A DNA stretch of 63,810 bases, counting the filler, from Reclinomonas americana ATCC 50394 (taxonomy: Eukaryota), in NCBI GenBank assembly GCA_048213135.1. It is 5 parts of 4 records of this genome, joined end to end, with 100 filler letters (N's around TTAATTAATTAA, not from the genome) between each part and the next. Parts side by side here need not be neighbours in the genome. Positions count along the whole stretch, not along the records: positions 1 to 31,549 come from PS015294.1; 4 more parts are not named here. One strand, written 5' to 3'. Below the pieces are notes generated by a model that saw only the letters and a list, made by a program, of their open reading frames with translations, was not told the origin of the DNA and ran no database searches. Shown here one piece after another: positions 1 through 10,266 of the stretch. A program made the position numbers and the translations under genes. Positions within the stretch are counted from its first letter, which is position 1. Each line of letters begins with the position of its first letter.

Positions 1-1335
1 CGAGGTGGCGATGCACCGCACCGAGCAGCAGGCTCGCCAGCAGCAGCAACAGAAGCCGTCATCATCATCGTCGACGCACAAGCAGGCGCACTTTGCCGCC
101 GAGGAGACGGACGCGGAGGAGGCGGAGGAGGACATGCCGCCGACTCCAGACTCACAGGTGGAGGCTGCACCAGCGGCACGGACGCTGGCGACGGTGACCA
201 CGAACTCGTCGCCGACTGTTGAACTCGCCGTGTCGGCGTCGATGCGCCTCAGACCTTCGGTGTCACCGGAACCGGCACGCGGCGGTAGCATCAGCAACCT
301 CCAAGTGCAGGGCTCGCGTGGCGTGTCGCCATCACGGTCGCCGTCGCCTTCGCCCTCACGCCACGTCTCACGACCGCCGGTTGCGCGCTCGCAACAGTCG
401 TCGCCGTCGCCATCCGCATCACCTGTCCAGCAGCAGTTCAGCAATAAGGCGCTGTTGGAGGAGTTTATGCAGTTGCGCCGCCAGCACGAGGACCAGCAGA
501 AGCGACTGCAGGAGCAGCAGCAGCAGCTGGAGCGACAGCAGCGCGAGCTGCAAGCGCAGCGCGAAAAGTTGGATGCACAGGCTCGCCAACACCAGCACCA
601 GCAGGAGCACCGTGCCGCCCGCCAGCCGCGTGCCGAGTCGCCGCCGACCTCGATTCTGATTACCGACTTTTTGTCGCAAGTCGAGGCCCGCAATACCATC
701 AGCAACACCTCGTCCATGAGCACGGCCTACAACAGCGGTCAGTCGAGATCGTCGGCGCATGTGCGAATTGCCAGCGACGCCATTTCCGGCCTGTCGTCGG
801 TGGCGTCGTCGGCCAGCACCACCCCCGGTCGTTCGACGCCCGCCGGCAACTTTACCACCAATGGCGTGCAGCCGCTGCGTCGCAGCACCGCCACACCCAC
901 GCCGCCTGGCTCCGCGCGTCAGGTGTCGGTCAACATTGGAGCGGAGCGCAACGTGGTGGAGAAGCCGCGTCCCGACATTACGGATCTGCAGACACCGGTG
1001 TTGCCGCTGCCGCCGATGCAGTTGCGTTGCCATGCTCCCGTCATCATGATGGTATGTTTTGTGTTGCTGAGCGTGTTTGTAGATGGCCAAGGCAGCCGGT
1101 GCTGTATCATCCGAGTGCCGATGTCGACGACTTCACCTACGAGCGTGTGGCGACTGCGCTGCAAGATGTGCGCTCCACGCTGACGGCGATGCGTGCTCAC
1201 TCGTCGGACGATGCCATGGAGAAGGAGGAAATGGATGCTGATNNNNNNNNNNNNNNNNNNNNNNNNNNNNNNNNNNNNNNNNNNNNNNNNNNNNNNNNNN
1301 NNNNNNNNNNNNNNNNNNCCTCGCGCCGCAAGTGA
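1..1335 (+). CDS. Hypothetical S/Q/P-rich protein with a short coiled coil (5'-partial, spans an N gap)
   Basis: Long ORF with a Q/E-rich heptad segment (LLEEFMQLRRQHEDQQKRLQEQQQQLERQQRELQ). Intron 1021-1082 (CA|gttgcgt...gtag|A) joins it in frame to WPRQPVLYHPSADVDDFTYERV. The end at TGA 1333-1335 lies beyond a gap and is uncertain. Confidence 0.6.
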
Positions 1336-1692
1336 GAAAGCTGTACAACGTACCACGCGATAGAGAAAAAATCTACCAGTTTGTGTCTTGCCTCCTGTTT
1401 AATCGTATGATCTTTTTTTGTTGTTTTTTTTTGTGCCGTAGCCGCTCTATGAGGTCGAGTGGTGGAGAGTAGAGGGGAAAGCCCGAGTGAAATGAGAAGT
1501 AATTACATGACTTCGCGGGACGATCACTCGAATCCGTCACTTTTGTTGTCGTGAGGAAAAGAGCACCTTGATCGCTGTTCTCTACCACACTCATCGTCAT
1601 CCACGCGCACACACACACCGACTCGCTTTTCCCCGTCGCGATCGCTCGGTCTCCTTTTCTCTGTGTGTAAACCTCGGTAGATTGTTGGGTGG

Positions 1693-1989
1693 ATGAGCAC
1701 AGCACCCTCGGGCAGTGGCATGCGACGCTTCATCACCGGCCTGGTTGTGGGTGCGCCAATAGGCGTGTACGTGGCGCAGAACTACCACGTCCCAAACATC
1801 AAAGGTAAGAGCACGCGGAGAGGGAGACAACAACGCGAGGCACGCGTCACTCACACGTCACTCTCTGTTGATGCAGCTCTGGTGGACGACTTGGTAGAAC
1901 GATTCCACGAGTTTGAGCAGCAGTACCGCAAGCCACCGGGCAGCAGTCCCACCTCGTCATCATCATCATCATCGAGCAGCTACCGCTGA
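1693..1989 (+). CDS. STMP1: Short transmembrane mitochondrial protein 1 (STMP1/DUF4535)-like micropeptide
   Basis: Removing intron 1805-1876 (G|gtaaga...gcag) gives FITGLVVGAPIGVYVAQNYHVPNIKALVDDLVERFHEFEQQYRKP, which matches the family motif G..G.Y.AQNY..PN.....K.P from recalled knowledge. Confidence 0.8.
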   Translation: MSTAPSGSGMRRFITGLVVGAPIGVYVAQNYHVPNIKGKSTRRGRQQREARVTHTSLSVDAALVDDLVERFHEFEQQYRKPPGSSPTSSSSSSSSSYR

Positions 1990-2116
1990 CAGGATGCGTT
2001 CTGATGCGCGTGCGTGCGCCACAAGGTGACAAGAGCAGAGGAGGCAGACACACCACCGAAATACACCATTGTGCGTGTGTGTGTGTGCGCGCGGGGAACA
2101 GCCTGTTATGCGTTCA

Positions 2117-2733
2117 TTATGACTCGGTCGATGCGGACGACGACGATGACGAGGAGGCGGGTGGAGGAACAGCAGCAGGTGCTCCACTGACTGCAGCAGC
2201 TGCAGCAGCCGCGGAGGAGGCTGTTGGTGATGCAGCAACAGAGGCAGCAGCAGCAGCGGCCGCAGCTGCCGATGATCCCTGCTGCGGAGACTCCAAATCC
2301 AACAAGCGCGAGTGCGCGCGCATTTCGTATGATGCCACCGTGTCCCGCCACTGCGCCATGCGGTCCAGCGAGGTGCGGAGAAGCGCCTGCTGCCGTACTC
2401 GCTCGTCCTCCAGTGCGGCAATCTCCTGCGCAATGCACACAATGAGCGGGATGTCGCAATCAGCACACGCACACACAGTGCACGCAACATGACGCAGCGC
2501 GGCGGTGGCGGTTGTTGTTGCCGCGGCCTCACGCTCGAATCTTTGAAGGGCGTCGAAGCAGCGCGCAAGCTCAGTCACATACTCGAACTCTGTCACATTG
2601 TCACAGACATGAGCACAGGAGCAAACAGCGAGCTTTTTTTTTTCGATGACAGACTCTTGCCACATAATGCCGCGTCGCGACTGGCCTGCACGAGCTGCTG
2701 GACGCGGTGTCGGAGTGCGCGCAGTGCGTCCAT
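2117..2733 (-). CDS. Small coiled-coil protein (weak resemblance to Mediator Med9/Med21-type C-terminal helices)
   Basis: ATG 2733 MDALRALRHRVQQLVQ. Inferred introns are 2660-2590 (GC-AG) and 2488-2426 (T|gttgcgt). The product contains EIAALEDERVRQQALLRTSLDRMAQW and an Ala/Ser tail. Confidence 0.6.
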
Positions 2734-3151
2734 GACACAGGTGGTACAATTGCGGTCGCGAGCGCCGACTGTCCCACTCTCACATCTTTTGCCCAGCGGA
2801 GAAAGGTGTGCGACCCCAGCGAGGGAGGGCGGATTGTTGTGTGTGTGTGTGTGTGACTGCGCGCACGTGTGGGTGTTCTGTTGGTGTGGGTGTGTGTCTG
2901 TCGTCTCGTGTGCGTGGGCGTGCGTGTGCGCCATCGACCATGCACATGCGCATGATGCCCACAGCGTCGCCCACACGCCGCCACACACGCTCTCTCGTTG
3001 CTCTCCCTGTGTGTCTCCATGTGCGCGTGTGCCAGTAGCTTGTCTTGGCGCGTTCTCTTTTGTGTTGATTATGACTTGTGAGATAGGTAAGGGAAACTCT
3101 CACACTAGCACTCACTCACTCACGCACTTTGCCTGTGCAGCGGCAGTCAAT

Positions 3152-3973
3152 ATGTTCCCGGCCAACGCCAAGATTCGCAAGTTTGCTGGTCAGAAGACCA
3201 AGCCGGAGGACCAGGACCTCGAGCAGAGCCTGGCCACCGTTGAGTTTTTTCTTTGTGGTGTGCTGCAATCGTGTCCCTCTCGCAGCGGTGATTGGTGACA
3301 CTTGTGGTTCGCACGCAGACCCTGCACCAGCTGCAGGTGAACGAGCTGCAGACTCTGTCCGGCCTGCAGTTCATCAAGGCGAAGGAGGTGGGAGCAGCGT
3401 GGAATTGATGTTGTCTCTTTCTTGTCGATGCTAAATCTTGTGTGTCGGGCGCAGATCACCACCCCTGTGGGCTCCGCCATTGTGCTCATTGTGCCGCGCA
3501 AGCAGCTGAAGGCGTGGCAGAAGGTGCACACCAAGGTCACGGGAGAGATTGAGAAGCGCACGTCCAAGCAGGCGTTCATCATTGCGCACCGCCGCATCAT
3601 GAACAAGCCCAACTCATCCAAGATCAAGTTCCCACGGTGGGTCTCTTTACGTTTGCAGTTGTCGCTTGAGGCGATGGTGGTGGTGGTGGTGGTTGGTGCT
3701 CACGCACTGTGTATGTGATTGCTCGCAGAGCGCGCACGTTGAAGATTGTGCACGAGAACGCCCTGGCAGACATCTGCTACCCCGACGACATTGTCGCCAA
3801 GCGCACCCACATCTCCACCAATGGCCGCAACACCATCCGAGTGTGAGTACCCTAGTTTCTGCGTGTGTGGGCGTGCATGTAGATTTAGTGAGCGCCTTGC
3901 TCTCTGGCTGTGGAAATGATGCACAAAACAAGGTTTCGCGCTGCCTCACGGCACCGTGTCTGAGGAAGTGGAG
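3152..3973 (+). CDS. RPS7: 40S ribosomal protein eS7 (3' end lost in gap)
   Basis: Spliced product MFPANAKIRKFAGQKTKPEDQDLEQSLATTLHQLQV...AIVLIVPRKQLKAWQKVHTKVTGEIEKR...FIIAHRRIMNKP...FPRARTLKIVHENALADICYPDDIVAKRT matches the eS7 pattern RPRSRTLT.VH...L.D...P..IVGKR. Donors are at 3239, 3388, 3637 and 3843. Confidence 0.9.
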
Positions 3974-4131
3974 GTGGTCCTTGTGGCCACTGACCCGCCC
4001 CTGACGTTTCACCTTTCTCCTTCCGCTGATCCACTTTTCCCATTGGCCACTTGTTCTTGGGGAGCGNNNNNNNNNNNNNNNNNNNNTGATTTCGCTCTCC
4101 CTCTTATACTCACTCGGTCGCCGTGCCACAG

Positions 4132-5089
4132 GTTGACTGCCGGCAACTCGAATGTGCCCACCGCGTCACCAAAGATGGTCACCAAGTCTCCAGCCCGCCT
4201 GCCTCTGGCCGACGTCTTGATCTCTCCGCCACCGGCCAAGGCGACTGTTGCGCCATTGGCTGCTACTGCTGCTGCTGTTGGATCGGCGACATCGTCCATT
4301 CCAGCACCTGCCACTCGCTCTCGTCCGCAGAGTGCGCGTACGGCAGCGGACAAGAAGACACCGGCTGTCGTTGCACCCGCTGTCAAGTCGCGTTTGCCAC
4401 GCTCAACGGCAGCCGCTGTGGCGACAAGCGCGGCAGGCAGCGCGGTCGTCGCAACTCGGCCTCAGTCGCCCAAGTTCAGCACCGAGGCGCGTGCTCGACA
4501 GCGTCAGCTGAAGGAGAAGGAGACACCGAGACCTGTCGTCGTCGAGGAGTCAATGCCAAAGCCAGCAGCCGTCGTCAAGCCCAAGAAGACCACGGTGCAT
4601 TCCTTCCTTCTGCATTCGTAACTGATGGACGCGCTCGCGCTGACACTTGTTGAGCCTCGACAGGTACCGAAGGAGTTCAACTTTGCCACCAACACTCGGG
4701 TGAACCGACCGCGCAGCGCCGCAGTGGAGCGCACCCCAGCAGCAGCAGCAGTGGCCGAGACCCCTCACCACCACTCCGTGATGGCCGTGCCACTGCCGCC
4801 ACCGGCTTCTGCACTCTCGGCCAAGAAGCCGGCGACCAAGCCTCGTGAGTTCAACCTGTCCTCCAACAGGCGAACGCAGCGACAGCAGCAGCAGCATGAC
4901 GACGACGACATGGGGTTCTCCGCCAACCCGCAGAGTCTGGACGACATTTTGAGTGGTCGCGAGATCAACATGGAGGCCGTCTTCAACGCTCGTCACTCGA
5001 TGCACCCCGGCCGCCCAGCAACTGCCACTGGTGCCGGTGCTGGCCGTGTCGCTGCCGGTCGACAGATGAGCATGTATGTGGCGCCTCCG
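4132..5089 (+). CDS. TPX2-like repeat, probably microtubule-associated protein (partial)
   Basis: A/P/K-rich ORF with repeated T.P..F...T/S..R motifs: PQSPKFSTEAR, TVPKEFNFATNTR (after splicing from donor 4595) and TKPREFNLSSNRR. Confidence 0.6.
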
Positions 5090-5174
5090 GTATACGTTGC
5101 GTTGACAGCTCGGCACTTGTCTCTCTCTCCTTGTCTTGTCGCTCTCGCTCACACNNNNNNNNNNNNNNNNNNNN

Positions 5175-6517
5175 CGCACCACAGTAATGATCGGGCAGTC
5201 GGCCGGGCACAGGGTGAAGGGTGGCGACGCAGCAGCGGCGGCGCGGCTGGCATCTACGCGGCTGAATGCCGACAGGCCTGTCTGCGAGGAGAACGAGCTG
5301 CAGCTGTGGCACACGTCGCCGTCCTCGGCGTCGTCCTTTTCGGCAAACGCGGGCAACTGCAGTGCGCGCACAGGCATCGGGGATGCTGCAGAGGCAGCTC
5401 CCGAACCAGTCGCCGTTGTCAGGTGCGCCTTGGTGGCACTGGATGCCACTCGACTCTGGTTCGCCGCCTTTTTCTGCGCCGACTCTGCCTCCAGTCGAGC
5501 AATCTCCTGCTGCAACTTTTCCTCCATCAGCATCAGCTCCTCCTCAGCCTCGTCGACATACTCGGCCGACTCGCGGCTGCGACCGGCAGCGACTGGCGAA
5601 TCAAACGACAGAGGTACTGACGCTGCCGCCGCAGCTTTTGCTGTAGGCACCGTAATGGCAGTGGTGGTCGTAGTGGTAGTGGTGGTGGTGGTGGTGGTGG
5701 TGACGGCTGCGCGGGTGGCCGAGGCCACTGACAGCTCAGGAACGCGGACTGGAGTCGACATGCTGCACGAGTTCAACGGTCAGTGCCTTGGTCACTTCTT
5801 GTGATATCACACCGACGTCGACGCAACTTGGTGTATGTGGGATGAGTGTGGCTCTTCTGCGTCGACTTGATGAGCACATCAGCGAATTGCTGCGCAATTT
5901 GTCGATCCTTGAAGTCGGTGGGGCTCTTGCGCTCCCACACGGGCGTGATAGGCTCATTAGCCGCACGCTACACGTGTACACCCATCAGCACCATCGTCAG
6001 CACCAACCACTGGCGTTTCCATCGTACCTTGCGTGGAGTGATAAACTGCTGTTGCTCCATCTCCTCCTCGAGCAGCTCGTTGCGGCGCTTCTTGACCACA
6101 CGAATGGCGCCATTGAACATGGATGTGCGCTTGGCGGCCGCTTCGGGATCCTGTGTCCGTTTGTGCGTNNNNNNNNNNNNNNNNNNNNNNNNNNNNNNNN
6201 NNNNNNNNNNNNNNNNNNNNNNNNNNNNNNNNNNNNNNNNNNNNNNNNNNNNNNNNNNNNNNNNNNNNNNNNNNNNNNNNNNNNNNNNNNNNNNNNNNNN
6301 NNNNNNNNNNNNNNNNNNNNNNNNNNNNNNNNNNNNNNNNNNNNNNTGGCGCTGCACACGTCTCAGTTGTCTTGCCCGAGGGTACTGAGGGCGGCGGTGG
6401 TGGTGGTGGCGGCGGTGTGTCCATGGCAGTCTCTGTCTCGTCGTCAGTGTCTTCTTCGTCGTAGTTGAAGGCCAGCAGTTGAATGGTAGACAGGATCGTG
6501 GGCGCCACCTGACCCAT
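5175..6517 (-). CDS. Hypothetical low-complexity protein with a short coiled coil (spans gaps)
   Basis: Exons join in frame: MGQVAPTILSTIQ..., KKRRNELLEEEMEQQQFITPRK|RAANEPITPVWERK...TYTN|MSTPVRV...EEELMLMEEKLQQEIARLEAE. Donors are G|gtacga and A|gttgcgt (5827). Confidence 0.55.
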
Positions 6518-7165
6518 GTAACTCTCTCTCGCACCACACACACAATGATCAATGAAAGTACTGTGCACGGTTTTGGACAGAGAGTCGCGATTCCCTCTCT
6601 CTAACGGGTCACTGTAAATGACGGCACAGCGTGGACGCTCTGATGATAGCAAAGCACAAAGAAGACTGTGATAGTGTACCATCCATTTCGCTGCTGATGT
6701 ACTGCGAAAAAATTGGGTGGTTCATCGGAACAAGCAAGTGCCCACCAGCACGGAAAAATGAACAGGAAGGAGAGCGCAGAAGAGAGAGAGAGAGAGAGAA
6801 GACTGTGCAAGAGAAAGATGAACTGATAACAGGAGGAAGGGGCGAGGGATGAGGGACGGAACAAAAAACGAGGGGAAAGAGAGCAAACGTATCTGGCACG
6901 GCAAGCTGCTGCCGGCCAACTATGGTGCTTAACTATCTCTCTGTCTCACTCTCACTCGCAATCAAACTTGATTGCTTGTCGCGAGGCCGACACCCGCAGC
7001 GGTGAGTTGCGCAAACACGCCGTGCTGCCAAAGTCGGGCAGCACGAGTCCAGGGAGTGCCTGTGCGCGCACGCGATCACACACAATGTGAGCAAGGATGC
7101 TGGTGGACGGGAACCCAAACAACAAAAAATGCACCAGTGTTGGCGAGGTCGGGAGCTGGAGCAGC

Positions 7166-8613
7166 ATGTATCCCACGGGATCAACAGGGCGACGCGAGTC
7201 CGGAGACGCCGACGGCGAGGACCGCACAGAGAGCGCACGGCCGACATCTTCGTCGATTTCCATGCCCTCCTGTTTCGAATTCACAGGTGAGTGCTACAAA
7301 CGATAAAATAACCCAGCAGCGCGCGCGCATGACTCGAGAGTCTTCCCCGTCNNNNNNNNNNNNNNNNNNNNCTTCTTGCTCGTAGTGACGCCAGCACGGC
7401 AAGATCCTTTACGTGGTCTCTCACCAGTGCTTTTTGTGTGTGCGTGTTTTTGCCGGACAACTCGAACAGATGCCATCAATGGATCTCCTTCGGCCGTGCG
7501 CATGGCCCGTCCAGGCGATGCCGCAAGCGCCGACCTCAGCACACCGCCACGCTTTGTCATGCCAATGCCACAGATGGCGGAGGTACGCTGTATGTTGTTC
7601 GAATGTGAAAGGAACAATATCGAGATTTCATTCTCTCCGTCGCTCACTCACTCTCTCTCCCTCTCTTTGTCGCTCGTCCAGCACGCCAACAGTGACAGCC
7701 ATCTGGCCAGCTCGGCGACGGCCGGATTGATGTCACAGATTCGACTGTCGAAACTGCTGCTGCGTGAGTTCCTGCCGCGTCCGCAGACTGGTTCGTACAC
7801 TCGCGAGTGGGTCGACGAGCAGCATCGGTACAACAGCAAAGGTGGTATCCGCTTGTCACTGGTTCCGGCCTCTGGCAGCTCCGCGTCGCACTCGTCGGCC
7901 TCGTCAGCAAACTCGTCGTCGCCGTCGTCGGGTGACGTCCGAGAGCTGGCGGATCCACTGAGTGCCGACAACGGGCGTGGTGACGATGATCAACTGCCCA
8001 GCAGCCCGTCAGCGTATGCGTACGCGGCTGCACAGGCCGCGAAGATGCATATGGCCAGCGTGACACGCGCGCCACGCCACCTTGCAGAATTCGAACACAA
8101 GCAGCTCGACGACGACGACGATGGTGTTCGAGTTTGCGTGGTGACCTCGGCCGTGACGACAGCCGCTGCCGGCTCGCCCTTCCATCGCCAGTACCTGCTT
8201 CATCATCATCATCATCATCCTCCGCCACCACACGCGCGTCCACTGGCATCGCCGGAGCATGGTGGCATACCGTCTCGCGATCGATCGGTTCCCACCACGG
8301 CCACCGCGGCCGCTCCACCACAAGCGCCGTCTGCACTCTTCCGAGCCACTCGGCGCGAACTGCTGGGTGGTGACAGCGATCAGCGGCACGACCAGTTGCT
8401 GGTCACAGGAGCCGACAGCAAGCCAACAACATTGCCGTCGGCGACCTCTGATTTCTTCGACGTTTGCTTGAAGGATCGGTGACTCGCTGAGTAGCAGTGT
8501 CACCGCCTCTCTCCTTCTCTCTCTGTCATTCTCTCTCCACCCTTGTTGGTGTGTTGCAGTACAGCGTCCGTGTTTTTGCATGAGAGCTCTCAAAATACCC
8601 ACCACGTGGTTAA
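7166..8613 (+). CDS. Hypothetical protein, S/P-rich with a poly-His run
   Basis: ATG 7166 with canonical donors near 7287, 7583 and 8479. The long exon contains a poly-His run near 8200. The last exon reads TASVFLHESSQNTPPRG* (TAA 8611-8613). Confidence 0.55.
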
Positions 8614-8707
8614 GCTTCTTGGTTGTCGGACTTGTCCTCTCCTCTTACATCCTTCTTCGCTGTGTGCTTGTGCGCTCTGAGAGGGCGATCTCATCTGCGA
8701 GGCAAGG

Positions 8708-9702
8708 ATGGAGTTTCTCGTGACGGTGTGTGTTGACATGGATGCTTGCATGCAGTCACCCGTCTATCAATCGCTCACACCTTCGCCTCTCCCTCGCCCT
8801 CTCTCTTTTGTGTGTGGGACCAGTCGTTCTACCGCTACTTCCCCGAGGTGTCGAGTCTCGAGTTCTTCCTGTTCACGGTGATTGGCTGTGCGCTGGCCTA
8901 TGGCGTCGATCAGATGACGCGACGAGTGGCGGCTCTGAGCACGCTGGAGGGCCTCTTCTTTGCGGGCTTCTTCGCGCGGCAGGTCAGCAAGTTGGCCAAC
9001 CCGCACCTGTACTCGGCATCGTGGACAGGCTTCTTCCTCGGCCTCGTCTTTTGCACGTTTGAGCGCTTCTCCATTGGTCTCACCTTCCACTCGATCGCCT
9101 CGTATCGCTCGCCGCATGAGGACTACCACGACCGGCTGCGCCAGCGCAAAGGCCACCCGGGATCGCGCTACATCTCCGACGACATTGCCGAGATCACCGC
9201 ATACTTGGTGTTGTTCTGGGCCATGTATGCCTTTGTGTACGACCAGGGCTTCTGGTGCGCGGTGGCCACCGAGCACTTGGTGGGCTTTGTGCTGCGCACG
9301 TGGGTGCAGTATGTGCCGACGGAGACGATTGTGGCGAGCTACGAGCATGCCCGCGAGGCTGGCAAGTCGTGCTTCAAGTGCCGCGTGATGGCCGCCGTGT
9401 GGCTGGCGCTGCTCAACGCTGACGCGTACTACTGGTACCACATTGTGGTGCACCCGAAGTACTCTCTCGGCTTCTCCTCCACCTTCTGGGACTGGTGCTA
9501 CCGCACTCGGCCCGCCTGCAGCGGCATCTCGCTGCCGTTCCCCTTCGTCGACTTTTTCCTGTGCCCCGACATGTACGAACGCAATGCCGCCGCCCTCAAG
9601 AGGGGCTGGGAGGAGTATGCGGCCGGTGGCGTCGACAAGTTCAAGGAGCAAATGATCCGTCTGCATGAACCACGGGCACGGGCAAGCAGCACGAGAAAGT
9701 AA
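8708..9702 (+). CDS. Fatty acid hydroxylase/sterol desaturase superfamily-like membrane protein with degenerate His boxes
   Basis: MEFLVT|SFYRYF (intron 8726-8823), several hydrophobic helices, and a C-terminus WYHIVVHPKYSLGFSSTFWDWCYRT resembling the FA2H/Scs7 motif H..HH....GFG.TS..WD..FGT. Confidence 0.65.
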
Positions 9703-10266
9703 GGCAGATATAATGAATGTGTGTGTGTGGCGAACACTGCAAGACGATATCGCGATATCCTGTGGGTGAGTGACTTGTTGCCGTCTCTGGCCTCCGTTGC
9801 TTGGTGGTGACATGGCATGATCACCAAAGGTTCGGCCGGCCAGTGCTATTGCTCTATTTGTTCGTGTCAGGCAATCCGCACACCGCAGTGTTTGTTTGTG
9901 TGTCGTGTTCACGCCTTGCTGCACTCGGCTTCTGTCAATGATTCTTTCTGTGAAACCGCACAACCCGTTGAATGGCGAGGCCTCCTTTCGCGTTGACTCG
10001 ACCGTTGGGGGTGCGCGGTCATGCCCGGAATGGCAATTGCCATTCGCTTTTCGCTCCGCGTTCGTTAGCTTTTTTTTCATTGTATCGCGAGAGGAGTTAG
10101 AGCCACACATCAAGCGTGCGTGTGTGTGGAGAGAGGAGACGACAACTGCTGCCAAGCAGACGCGCGCTCCCACGCATCTTACGGACATACCGCCTGCCGG
10201 ACGTAGCAGCACCAAAAACAAAAGAAGAAAAATACAGAGAATCAGCGACGACAACTCGCCACCGCC

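Noticed and set aside
9800..9850. ATGATCACCAAAGG resembling U1 stem-loop I
   Set aside because: No ACTTACCTG upstream and no supporting stem or other U1 elements.
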